From Eledone cirrhosa (Eukaryota): a DNA stretch of 64,000 nt. The notes beneath the pieces are model-generated. The model was not told the DNA's origin, did not search any database, and saw only the letters and a program-made list of their open reading frames with translations. The stretch is from the NCBI GenBank assembly GCA_964016885.1, contig OZ024743.1, positions 301,692,001 to 301,756,000 on the forward strand, written 5' to 3'. Made by a program: the position numbers and the translations under genes. Positions 27,083-41,281 of the stretch are shown one piece after another. Each line of letters begins with the position of its first letter. Positions within the stretch are counted from its first letter, which is position 1.

Positions 27083-28370
27083 TAGAGAAATAGGAAGAAA
27101 TACTGATACGATAATATAGGAAGTCACGCTGATGTACATGCGGTAGCAAATGGCATTTGATGGCTTTCTGTCGAGGGAAGAAAATAAAGAGAAAATGGTG
27201 ATTGTTATAAAACAGCAAGAGAGTAAAATATATAGTTTGTGACTTATCGATATAAAATTTATCTTGGAAAGATCTAGGTATTCACAAACCTCGAATTCTC
27301 TGCTTTTATCATTCTTGTAATTTTTGGGGAATCCTTAAAAGGATATTCAAAAGAACTGCTATTAATTGTTCACTAGGTCACAAAGCATCCATTTACAAAA
27401 ACACACAGGCGTGCACACAAACACACACACACACACACACACATACACCCCCTCCCTACCCAACACACACAAACAAACAATAGCCAACAATGTATTAAAC
27501 ATATTACACACACACATCGACATACACATTCACACAATTAAAGACACGCTTTTAGACGAGCTCGAGCTACACATGACATGTACTTTCATTTACAATGGTA
27601 CAAAAAAAAAAATGAAATATATACACACGCATATATACATCTTATACACCTACACTTTAAACATTTATAGGTAAAGGATGTTGCATAGTGTATGAATGAA
27701 AGTGAGAAAGAGGAAGAGACAGAAAGCGTGCAACATATAAAGATAGTGTTGATCAGACAATCATTGAAACAGATGAAATATCATTAAAATAACTGAAATT
27801 GAAGTCACGAATGATCTTTAAAATTGATATATTCACCATATTTCCTACTAGTCTAATGGAATTTCTTTGATTTGAAAGAAAATTAAGATAATACATTATA
27901 TTCAAATTCTTCGATACCTTTTGACTTAATATTGTAGACGGTTTTGGTTTTAAAGTTATAGTCGTATTGTAAAAATAGCTGTTATTCTGTGAGCTTTGTT
28001 TACAAGGAATAATAGTGTTACCATTAACGTTGATGGAATTCATTGTTTCATCTTTTCAACAATAAAGGTAACACCATTACCCTATTATAGAGCGAAATAT
28101 TTTCGATAAAAAATTAACGTCAAAAAGTCCAAGGTTAAATATAGGCGTATTTCTGTATCTATACTTCACTAGACATAACTCACATACACACATGCATAGG
28201 CGTTATGTCTAGCATGGTATATACTCACACACACAAACACACACACATATGCACACACACACACATACACACACATACACACATACACATACACGTATGT
28301 GTGTGTCGTTGTGCGTATCTGTGTGCGTGTGCATTCAGGAGTAAGTATATATACATATATGTATGTACGT

Positions 28371-28493
<123 letters not shown>

Positions 28494-28691
28494 TAACGAA
28501 GGAAATGTGGTAAGGAACTAGGTGGACCATAACGCACCAAAGTACTCAATACTTGAGGTAGTAGAGTGGGTAATAGGAATCAGTAAGACCCCGACAGCTG
28601 AGCTCAAGCCGTTTCGACGGCTAATTCTGGACGTCCAGAATTAGCCGTCGAAACGGCTTGAGCTCAGCTGTCGGGGTCTTACTGGTTCCTA
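28494..28691 (+). mobile_element. Family A asymmetric foldback element, subfamily 2, near-perfect ~120-bp palindrome
   Basis: ataggaatcagtaagaccccgacagctgagctcaagccgtttcgacggctaattctggac|gtccagaattagccgtcgaaacggcttgagctcagctgtcggggtcttactggttcctat, preceded by an ~80-bp unique head and embedded in (TA)n. Confidence 0.92.
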
Positions 28692-29180
28692 TATATATAT
28701 ATATATGTGTGTGTATGTGTGTGTGTGTGTGCGCGCGTACGTGAGTGTGTGTTTGAGTGTATATGTGTATGGATGTGTGTGTGCGTGTGTGTATGTGTGT
28801 GTGTAAAGAATCGGGGGAGTTATACCCGCAGTTGGTAGATTACTCAGTCGAGAGTAAGACTTCTGTTTAGAGCTTATCTCATATCAATTTAGCAAACCAT
28901 TATAGAGAACGCGCATTTCAGCGGATGGATTTTCGACGCGTGTAGGACTACGGTGAGAATGGAAATATACAGAACATCCTAATTCTGATGAGGTGACTAA
29001 ATCCCAGTAATTGATAGGTGCGTCCTATTAAGCATGAGCCCTTTGTTTTCTATTTAGTGTACGTTGTGTATATATGTACATTCATTTATATATATATATA
29101 TATAAATATAACCAAGATACTTCCAATACTGGAATTGAACTATCCAGACCGTTGAGGTATGCCATACATCAATTCATGTA

Positions 29181-29239
29181 TTTTATCTGACGAGGTCGTA
29201 CTGAAAAACAGCACCGTACTTCGAAATATATATAATAAA
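29181..29239 (+). ncRNA. Minimal type-I hammerhead ribozyme
   Basis: tttat-CTGACGA-ggtcgtac...gtacttc-GAAA-tatata-TA-ataaa: intact core, G-C closing stem II, stem I tttat/ataaa. Confidence 0.75.
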
Positions 29240-29941
29240 CGATATATTTCGATTATGTGAATGTCTTCATTTATTAATATTCTGAATCATATATATAATT
29301 ATATATATATATGAATTCCTAACTCAATATATACCTTTGATATATTCGCCTCGGTTAATTTGTTGAGCTATTTCAAATGTCGAGTGAACCTGGCTGCTAT
29401 TTTTATTGTTGTGCGTTTATGAGACACCTGAGGATGCCATGTGCGCTATTTTATGAATTTTATATATAGCATACTTAGATGTGTCTACGCTACTAATTCA
29501 TCACCCACCCATGTGCTTGGATTAGTATTTCTATTCACAATTAAGTTTGCGAAACAACAACAATTTGTCTTGGTGATTGGTAGTTACCACAATTCCGGTT
29601 TGTAATTATTTTCTTAATGTTTTCTTAAATTGAGACAAGCGAACCCTATTGTCTATAGTTAGTATTCTTTTCACCTTAGCGAATCAGGTCCCTTACGATT
29701 TGAACACATATATGTATATGTCTGTGTTCGTTTTTCTTTTATATTGTATTATAATATATATATATATATATATAAAGAATTAGTATATCTACTAACATAT
29801 ATACACAGATGCATACCTATGCCAGCAAATATATAGGTCTTGTCTTAGTAACTTTGTGGTTCAATGCATGGCGATGCAGAACAATAATATGAAAGACGTA
29901 AAATAAGAAAATTATAAAAATTACCTTACTTACTAAAATTT

Positions 29942-30022
29942 CACTCCAACTAATTAGTTTCTGAAAGGGAATAAACATAGTTTCCGAAGAAACGTACGGA
30001 GAAGCCTTTCGTCATCAGGGAA
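29942..30022 (-). ncRNA. Hammerhead-like motif with long loop III
   Basis: Minus strand reads ttcc-CTGATGA-cgaa...ttcg-GAAA-cta...tag-TT-ggag. Confidence 0.45.
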
Positions 30023-30184
30023 GTCTATTCTGAGCTAAGTTTCCAGGCAATGCGTGGACACAGGGAACTTATACAAAAATAATTCAGAGGATAGAAAAAA
30101 GCAAAGCGTGGACTAAGTTCCAAGACATTGAAATTATTTTTATGCCACTGAATTATTTTTGTAATTAATTTCTTATTTTACGTC

Positions 30185-30213
<29 letters not shown>

Positions 30214-30215
<2 letters not shown>

Positions 30216-30332
30216 ACGAAGGAAATGTGGTAAGGAACCAGGTGGACCATAACGCACCAAAGAACTCAATACTTAGGGTAGTAGAGTGGGTAATAGGAAC
30301 CAGTAAGACCCCCGGGGTCTTACTGGTTCCTA
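30214..30332 (+). mobile_element. Family A copy, subfamily 2, palindrome symmetrically collapsed
   Basis: Head identical in type to 28494. Palindrome reduced to taggaaccagtaagacccc-c-ggggtcttactggttccta. Confidence 0.9.
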
Positions 30333-30836
30333 TATATATATATATACACATTTTAGTACAGCATTGACGAAACTTTAGGTTGCTGCAAAGCATTCGATAG
30401 AGTGTACTACCCCAGTATAATAACAATACGTTTAGACAACTTTGCAAATCAAATATAGCGATCGGCAGTCCAGCCGCATTGCCAAAGCAACGAAAATGGT
30501 TGGACTCAGGAAAAGATTTTAGACTGACATGGACCATTGTGCGGAGAACTAATACCATATATAATGCCTATCGTATAGCATACGATATACATCACATACA
30601 CCACACAACATCAGCGCTAGGTTTCTGTAAATCCGAGATCGACTAATTCCGCTTGCAGGGGTCTGCAAGTTAATGGTCTTTGACGACAGAACAAAGGATT
30701 TACTTCTTCAATAAGTCTTGCGTTCTTTAGCCTCTGCGGGTGTGTTCTAGCAGCAAATTTCGCTAGAGACACGTGGTTTTCTCCAAGAGAGGTAACCCCC
30801 GTTTTGGCGGTGAATTCGAAATTTGAGACAAAGGAA

Positions 30837-30912
<76 letters not shown>

Positions 30913-31019
30913 TTGAGTATTGAATTTTGCTTGAAGCATTGTGGAATAATAAGGTACATTTCTTTAAGTCGTTTGGAAGCCTCGACAATGCAGATGGATG
31001 TATTTATTTATATATATAT

Positions 31020-31117
<98 letters not shown>

Positions 31118-32376
31118 TGTGTGTGTGTCTGTGTGTGTGAGAAAGAGGTGTATAGAGAGCTTGGGTGATTAAGTTTATAAAATGCTACGGAATAAGTAGG
31201 TAGCGTTCAGGTCTCGTTATTTTAAATAAATATGACGTATACTGATCTAAAGCTTACATTCATATCAAATCATAAAGTATGTCATAAATATAGCTGGTAT
31301 CGTTATTTCTAATATTGGTGATGTATGTTTTGAAGCGTTAAAGGAGCTGAGGATAGATTCGAAGAATATAATAGAACAGTCGATGGAGTTATGGCAAAAC
31401 AAATGGGGGAGAAAAAGAAAGAAACAAACAGAAAGTAAACGAAGAATTGAAAAACGGGAGGAAAAGTAAAAACAGATAATAATGGGTTGTTAAAAGGTGA
31501 ATAAGAAGGAGAAGGCAGTGAGGGTTAGTTTGAAGGGAATGTAGATAGGATATGTTGTATTATTATGTTTTGCAGTCAGCTTGAAATCTTTCAGGTTTGT
31601 CGATATGCATCGCTGGTTTGGAGTTTTTCGGTTTAACGTTGTTTACAAAAGTAAATATATCTAAATGTTTTGTCATATTTAAGAGCTCCATCATGTGTAT
31701 AGTTATACACTCGCTGGTTCATAAGAGTATATAGATACATACACACCCCAGGGAGCGAAGCAGCCGAAGTTTGTGATAATATTCTGTGCAACCGTGACAG
31801 CATCAACATATATAAATTAAAGCATGCATGCATAGTCACGTAATTCCCAAGCGAGTCGTAGACCGTGACTCTAGGATATTTTGTTAAATCTGGTTGGACC
31901 CATCTAATTACCAGGTCTGAATACAGCAGATGTCGTTCAGAGACAGTTAGAAATTGAGTGGAAGGAAGGAAGAAATTGAAACATATTCAAAATCGACCCC
32001 AGTTCATGTCTTGTACATTTTTATCAAGCTTCAATGGATGAAATGCACAGTTGACGAAAGTGGAATTTGGAATAAGAAAGTAGAGAGCCGAAACGAATAC
32101 CACAGAGCATTCTATTCGAAGTTCAAACTACACTGCTAATTTGCCGCCTGTATAAATATACACACATATCTAAAATGTAGGAATGTAAACATAAGAAAAA
32201 AATACCGATTTTCAACTCAATTGAAAAGGAAACTGCAAAGAAACTGGTATTCCATGGATATATATAACACTTATAACTTAGCATTATTCTGAAATGGACA
32301 TATACATTAAAATATATAGTAAGAAGTACGCTCGCAGCCAAAGAATATGATAAAACTATATCGGTACAAATAACAA

Positions 32377-32415
<39 letters not shown>

Positions 32416-32460
32416 GTATATATATATTATATATATAGTTATATATATAATATTAATAAT

Positions 32461-32643
32461 TGTTTCTACTTTAGGCACAATGCCAGCAATTTCCAGTGCA
32501 TTACTGGTACTTTATTTTATCGACCCCCGTAAGGATGAAAGGCAAAGTCAACCTCGGCGGGATTTGAACTCAGATGGTAAATGGACGTAACTATGCTGGA
32601 AAGCATGGCGTCCGACCCTCTACCGATACTGCCAATCCACCGC
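32461..32643 (-). mobile_element. MetaSINE-like SINE with 13-bp TSD
   Basis: Same family as 11902. taatattaataat is duplicated at 32448-32460 and 32644-32656. Confidence 0.9.
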
Positions 32644-32664
32644 TAATATTAATAATAATACATT

Positions 32665-32856
32665 TTAAGACTAAAATACAAAGAGGGCTCGATAAGGATA
32701 AATAGATATCAAATATATAAGAACCGTAGAGCAAATATTTATTAAAATAACAGATTAAAGTTTAAGCAAAGAATCGCTGCTTTCACCCTTATCTTCAGAA
32801 GATCCCGTTAAGGGTGAAAGCAGCGATTCTTTGCTTAAACTTTAATCTGTTATTTT

Positions 32857-32861
<5 letters not shown>
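32665..32861. mobile_element. Family D asymmetric foldback: 53-bp perfect arms (32739-32791, 32809-32861) pivoting on a CTGAAGA box
   Basis: ...gctttcaccctta-tcttcagaagatcccgt-taagggtgaaagc... The left arm extends ~75 bp further and the right arm ends in (TA)n. Confidence 0.85.
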
Positions 32862-32929
<68 letters not shown>

Positions 32930-32973
32930 ACACACACACCTACACGTACGACATATATATATACATATATAAG

Positions 32974-33252
32974 AATGTATATATAGTGTATTTTGCAATA
33001 AACTGTATTCTCAATTAAAAGATTTCGAAGACCTTATGCTATTGTTTTGGAGTAGTGACGGTCTCACTTACTTTAAATTTTCAGCAAACAGAGGAGATAA
33101 AGCTGACAGAGTTATGTTTCGTACTTATTGGTACTGTTTGCTGAAAATTTAAAATAAGTGAGACTGTCACTAGTCTAAAACAATAGCATAAGGTCTTCCA
33201 ATTGTTTTTAATTAATCATAGAGTGTATAGCAAAATACACTCTATATACATT
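32974..33252. mobile_element. Diverged MITE-like hairpin (~118-bp arms, ~42-bp spacer)
   Basis: gaagaccttatgctattgtttt...aaattttcagcaaacag versus ctgtttgctgaaaattt...aaaacaatagcataaggtcttc. A weakly related single arm lies near 60495-60575. Confidence 0.8.
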
Positions 33253-33293
33253 CATATATATATATCGCTATTTCAGAGTGCCAATTCTAATAC

Positions 33294-33324
<31 letters not shown>

Positions 33325-33371
33325 GTGGTAGAACACTGGAAGGTAATATCCGTAGTGGTAGAGCACTCAGT

Positions 33372-35073
<1,702 letters not shown>

Positions 35074-35538
35074 GTAAATCAGTAAAATCGAATCTCTGGC
35101 GGTTTGCAGGTAATTCGGCCTACTTATATGAAGTGATGGGTTAGCGAAGCACTCGATAAGATAGGTCTCAGAGTTATAACATACGTTTAAATAGCTTGAC
35201 AAATCGGACATTGTGGTAGGCTAAACTAACACACAATACATACCAAAGTAACGAAGAAACTAATCAGGTTGAGTAAAAATAGACCTGGACAAATCAGACG
35301 AGCATTTGAAATGTTTCTCTGACTCCGAAATCAAATATCAGACTTACTTTAGTGGCAAGTTCATGGTATTGGTGACTGAACAGAGGAATCAGTTTATCAG
35401 CAGGTTTTCGTTCTGGTTAGGATCATGAGTGATAAAGTATTTTGCTGCTCTCACGGCTGCTAATCGTATCTATATTTATCACGTGTTAATTCCGGCAAGG
35501 GAAATAACCTCTGGTTTTTGGCGGGTCATATATATATA

Positions 35539-36414
35539 CGAGTTGTGTCAGAAAAGTTCCTGGACTGATGTCACAAAATATTTATTTCGAACCCAAATTT
35601 CACACTAAAAGTTTTCTCCTTCAAAGTAATCCCCCTGGAGTATGTAACTGTAATCTCAGCTCTCTGCAGCCATCAAACTTTTTTTTCTTCATAATTTTAT
35701 ATACATGTCCTCTGTTTCAGGTCCTCAAGCAATGAGCACAGAGCAACGAACAAATTTGAAAACTCCGTCAGAAGTACTAGGATTGCTGTAGCAGGTATAT
35801 GGAGATGAGACGACGTCACGCTCACGTGCTTTTCAGTGGTGCATGAGGTTTAAAGAAGGACGCCAGGACGTGGAGGATGACCCCAGGTGCAGAAGGCCCT
35901 CAACAACCAGGACTGAGGTCAACATTGAGCGCGTCAGGCAGATGGTGCGTAGCGATCGTCCGCTGACTGTTCGACTGATGACAAATGAGCTGGGCATGAA
36001 TCGGGACAGTGTTTTGAAGATTCTCACGGAAGTCTGCGCCAATATGGTGCGAAAACTGCTGAACGATGACCAGAAAGGTCGACGCATGCAAGTGTGCCAG
36101 GACATCCTCGAGCGTATTGAAACCGAACAAGACTTACTAGGGACTGTCATCACCGGTGAGTCATGGATCTTCGAGTACGACACGGAGGGGCCCATTTTGA
36201 AGACGTGGACGACATCAAAAGGGCCGTGACGACGGAACTGCGGAGGATCCCTGAAGAATCCTTCCAGGAGTGCATGCAAGCGTGGCAGAAAAGGAAAGAA
36301 AAGTGCATTATACTCCAGGGGGATTGCTTTGAAGGAGAAAACTATTTGTGTGAAGTTTTGGTTTGGAATGAATCTTTTGTGACATCAGTACTGAAACTTT
36401 TCTGACCCACCTCG
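35539..36414 (+). mobile_element. Internally deleted mariner (Tc1/mariner) element
   Basis: TIRs cgagttgtgtcagaaaagttcctggactgatgtcacaaaa / ttttgtgacatcagtactgaaacttttctgacccacctcg with TA flanks. Transposase remnants RFKEGRQDVEDDPRCRRPST, ITGESWIFEYD and HFEDVDDIK...QGDCFEG. The middle of the catalytic domain is missing. Confidence 0.93.
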
Positions 36415-36623
36415 TATATATATATATATATATCGCACGTGTAGGTGTGTGTGTGTACGTATTTGTACTGATATATAATTATCATATTCTTTGACTGCTA
36501 GCGTACTTCTTACTATACATTTAAATGATATGTCCATTTAAGAATAATACTAAGTTATAATTGGTATATATACCCATGAATACCCGTTTGATTGTGCTTT
36601 CCATTGTGGCTTCTTTGTGGTTT

Positions 36624-36787
36624 CCGAAAATATTGGGGACTATTAGATTTGCTAAGGTACGATTATATTGTTATCTTAGCAATTTTAAATAATTTTGAAA
36701 AACCTACAATGCACTAGAGAAATTAAACTCGCTAAGATAACAATAGAATCGAACCTTAGCAAATCTAATACTCTCCAATATTTTCGG
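36624..36787. repeat. MITE-like imperfect hairpin (~57-bp arms)
   Basis: ccgaaaatattgg...ttagatttgctaaggtacgattatattgttatcttagc versus gctaagataacaatagaatcgaaccttagcaaatctaa...ccaatattttcgg. Confidence 0.85.
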
Positions 36788-39700
36788 TGTTAAAAACCCA
36801 TTATGAAGGGAGTATAGCTGTGACAGACTTAAAGGTTCGATCAGATATGACTTCTTAAGAAGGCAGATCTAAGTTAAATACAATGAAAATACGTTAATAT
36901 TTCAAGCTTGCGCGATTGTTACATGTCATCGGTTGCGTATGGGAGGCATTTCCTTGAAGATGTACCCTCTTTTAGATCTGTTGGGTAGGGAATATTTGAA
37001 ATGCACAAACAGGTCCCTGCTGGGTGCTTTAGACATCGGTGTTGAGTTAACCACCATCAGAGATATTCAGACTGAAATAAAGTAGAAAGATTGACCCGGA
37101 GTCAGAGGGACGGCAACATCTCTGTGAGTGATGAAATCCACGCAGTTTCTTTATTGTTCAATGCACACCCGCAGAAGCACACGCACACGCACACGCACAA
37201 ACGCACCCATATATAATTATATATATATATGTGTGTGTGCGTGCGTGCGTGCGTGTGTGTGTGCGCATGTGTGTTTATGTGTGTGTGTGGGTGGATGAGT
37301 GTAATGAATGTAAATGTGTAAAATAGTATTTGAGTATTTCTTTTCTGTGTATATACTTAGGACGTTCATCTTTTTTCTCTGTAGCAGTAGTTAATATATT
37401 TTTGTAAATTGGCACGTTATAGAGAATCACTGTATTCGACATTATTATTTTAATAAGATACCTTAGTAATAACGTTGATATATTGCCAAATTACTTCTTC
37501 AAATTATATATATTAGAAATAATGCACGAGACGCACTTTTACTAATGATTTTGATTTTGGCTTAGTCTTTGAAACTTACCTATAATATCCTTTTTAAAGA
37601 AAATATGAGCAATTTCTAATTCTGATTTTACGATAAAAGAGATTCGGAACAAGTGCACTGGTGTAGCTCCTGCAACGAAATATATGTTTATTTGAAATTC
37701 CAACTCTGTAAGAAATACATTTCAATTCCAACCGCTGAAGATTTCTGCTCGATAACAACATGTTCTCTTCATATCAATGTTGTATATTTGTAAGCAATGA
37801 AAGGTGACTTGATACAAAAAATTAAATATTGCACGGAAATTATTGAAACCCAAACCTAATTCAACATATAGTTTCGTGCACTCTAAAACGATATTTATCA
37901 TTATCAGTTCCAGATTTCATATGTACTACAACTATTTGAGTGATACGGGAATTATAATTACTTTTCCTGCATTTATTCCTTTGAATGTTTAATTTGGCAG
38001 GCTTCGGGTACATTTCTGGTGTGACATTTGATCGTATTATAATTGCATTTGATTCTAATTTACCATTTTCCCTTTTTCTTCATAAAGTATTTATCTCTAT
38101 TGTTTCCAACCCTTAAATATCATGGTATTAACATTATTTTGTTAATACCTATATAGGAACGATACCTTATTATTTATTTAATATCTGATGTACAGAATCT
38201 AGAACATATGCATATTCACATAGGATGCAGTATAACATTACAATTCGATTTCGAACTGGAAGTTATGATCCAGATGGATTAGTGGCTTATAAGTATTCAT
38301 ACTATATACCGAGCAGTATTCGGCTACCCTGTCCAATTTGCAAATTAACGCATCGATTACTTAATGTATGAATGATTCACAGAAATGGTCATGTATTTAG
38401 AATGTTAGACACACGTTCAAAATGCATAGCTAGATTGCAGAAAAATGGTTTTATAACTCTTCACGATGAGGAGTTGTATATTATTCACCAGATAATGATT
38501 AACTACATTCTATTCAACTGATTAATGGCTTATAGGGTGTACTATGTAGGACGAGGCTAAATTGGTATCATATTTTAAATGAATATTCTGCCATTAAAAA
38601 TAAACGATTAACTCGCGGAATCGATAGAATGTCGGAATTATTATAGTGCAGTAGCCTTTCACACTTCTGGTCAATAATGAAGTGTTGGTAGTAATATTAG
38701 TAAAACGTCCGACTTAGTTCAATTAGTTACAGTAGATATGCTTGATATAGTCCACCACACATTTCACTCCCATTTCTAAATCCATGCTGTAAGTCTCAGG
38801 TACCTTGTGGATGCGAAAGAAGATTTTGGAACTTGTAATTTTAAAATGTCTAGTCTAGGTCTAGTTTTTTAAATTGAATGATTATTTCTTTGTCTTTAAG
38901 ATATTTCACATACTTCTGTTCTGATATGTTGGATGATGTTGATTCTGTCGCAATAACGTACGTATGTGTCACACTATGAAATTTTCCTCAATATCTACCA
39001 CGAAGATTTATATGTGATTGAAGTAAAATACCCCGCGGTTTCTAGTCTAAAATTCGGTGATTTTCATTTCAAAAGACAGTTGAAATTGTTTAAATCGATA
39101 CCGGTCTTTAATATTCAAAATAATTATCTTCAATGTGAGTGAGTTTTGTTAGTGGTCCGTATGTTGAACATTCCTGCAACCTTAATTTAGTCGTAATTCA
39201 AATTGTTTTCCATATCTGACGAGGGATCATTTTATTGGCACAGAAACATAAAGTTTGTTTGCATCATCTAAATAATTGGTTCTTGCTTCCAGTCTATATT
39301 TGGCTGACAGCTTACTAAACCCTTCAAAACCTTACATAAACACAGATATCTAATTATCTTTTAATAACCTTCAAGTGTGCAGGTTTATAAACAGTCCTAG
39401 ACTATTGGCAATAGTTCAAAATGTTTCGTTTTTCGTGAATTAATAATAGTATTTTGAAAGTACTATTCAACGCTATTGATCGTTCTGATGAAAGAGAGTA
39501 TGAGGTATAATTTTCAAATAATAAAGATATATGTCCAAATATCTCTCATCTACGCAACCTCAAAGTGCAAAGAATTGCTATCTTTAGAGACTTGCCAAAT
39601 TCTTAAGAAGGAAACACGTACGCTGCGTATAGTTCATGCTTCTAATTTTAGGTGACTAGATCGATTTAATATACACATTTATTTTATTTGTAATAAAATA

Positions 39701-41089
39701 CTCATCATCATCGTAGACACCACAATCATAATTAAGGAGCGGAGGTAACAGTAAGTTGTGTTTCAGAGCGCACAAACTGTAATAAATCACATTAATTTGA
39801 AAGATGGTTAAAATTTATACAAGTGTCTGTGTTAATCCGTTTCAAAAAAATTGCATTTTAAATCTAACTTTGTTTGCTGTAAGACAACGTTGACAATGTT
39901 TGTAAGTAAAACACCCCCTATAATGGTAGTAGTAGAAGTCTCCAACACTAAGAGGAATGTATAAGCCCACATGATTATTTAATAGCAGTGACAAGAAAAA
40001 ACAAAATAGGATGATATTGACGAATCGGTCACAATTACAAGTCACGTTAACATTAATAATGTTAATAGCATGTTTTTTAATCATCGTCTTTCCAATAAGG
40101 CCAGATTCAGATTCGTGAGAAGTATCGTACAGGCAACTCGGACATAACTTTATTCTATTTCCCCAAACGGTAGAAGCATTAGGGCGACTAGCCGTCTCCA
40201 ATTTATTCTGATTGTTGTGTGGAAGGATATGTGCTACATAAATGGAAGCTAGGCCCGTGGAAATGTATGCATGGTGGTATTTATTTTTTCCAGAGTTGTT
40301 CTGAATTGTGTTTCAACCTCATTGGTGCTGTGCATTATAAGAGCTTGAATTCCCCTTGGTTATCATCGTATGTCTGCCTATCTTACTCATAAAAGCACTT
40401 GCCAAGTAAGGTAACTAGCAGCGGTATACTTGAGGAGCAGATAGTTTGTCGCACGGGAAATATGTATGTGTGTCGACGCCGGAAATATACGTCCGAGTAA
40501 ACTTTTATACTGGACTGGTGATTATTTTGCCGATCTCGTAAATATGAATGGTAGTGTTGCCAATCACATTTTCTGAAATCAACCACAGACACCTGTAGCA
40601 AATACAACAATTGGACTACCACGTATAGTCTCCCTCATATAAATACTTTTGATTTTCAGTAATACTGGTCGAACACAAACTTTCAACATTGTTGACATCT
40701 CAGTTGCTCATGGGCAATGTACTTCTGTATGAGAGTGACCCACTTGAGGAAGCAGCCTCGTGAAGTGGTGTGGCTGTTGCAGTGGTTGTATATTGCTTTT
40801 CTCCGAGGAAATACCTTTAAAATATTAACCGTAGGGCATAGCTGAATAATCGCTCAGGCTGGGTTTTTAGAGCATGTCACTCACTCTCCCACTTCCTTTC
40901 TTTCGTTCCATAATTCCCCTTTTTCATTGCACCTTTTTCTTTTTTCCCTCTACTTGTTTTGTTTCCTTATTGCAATGTATGTTTTACAATTTTATTTTCA
41001 TATTTGATATTTTGTATTGCAATAAATCCTTGTTTGAAAGCAAAATATTCTACATCAACAAAAACAACTCAATTATATTTCACACCTCT

Positions 41090-41281
41090 GTGGGCGGTGG
41101 ATTGGCAATAATTGTAGAGTGTCGGACGCCTTGCTTTGACTCATAGAGTTACGTCCCTTGTCCTTCTGAGTTCAAATCTCACCGAGGTTAACTTTGCATT
41201 TCATCCTTACGGGGTCGATAAAATAAAGTACCAGTAATGCACTGGTGTAATTGCTGGCCTTGTGCCAAAAGTAGAAACAAT
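41090..41281 (+). mobile_element. MetaSINE-like SINE with 19-bp TSD
   Basis: Full-length copy. aattatatttcacacctct is duplicated at 41071-41089 and 41282-41300. Confidence 0.92.

Noticed and set aside
27753-28050. 96-aa minus-strand ORF as a host exon
   Set aside because: AT-rich N/I/K-biased composition, no recognisable motif and weak splice signals.
30400-30500. YNNNTFRQ...AIGSPAA as a PLE RT motif B remnant
   Set aside because: Suggestive but too short and degenerate to support.
39216-39250. CTGACGA...GAAA as a hammerhead
   Set aside because: No stem II, stem III or stem I pairing.
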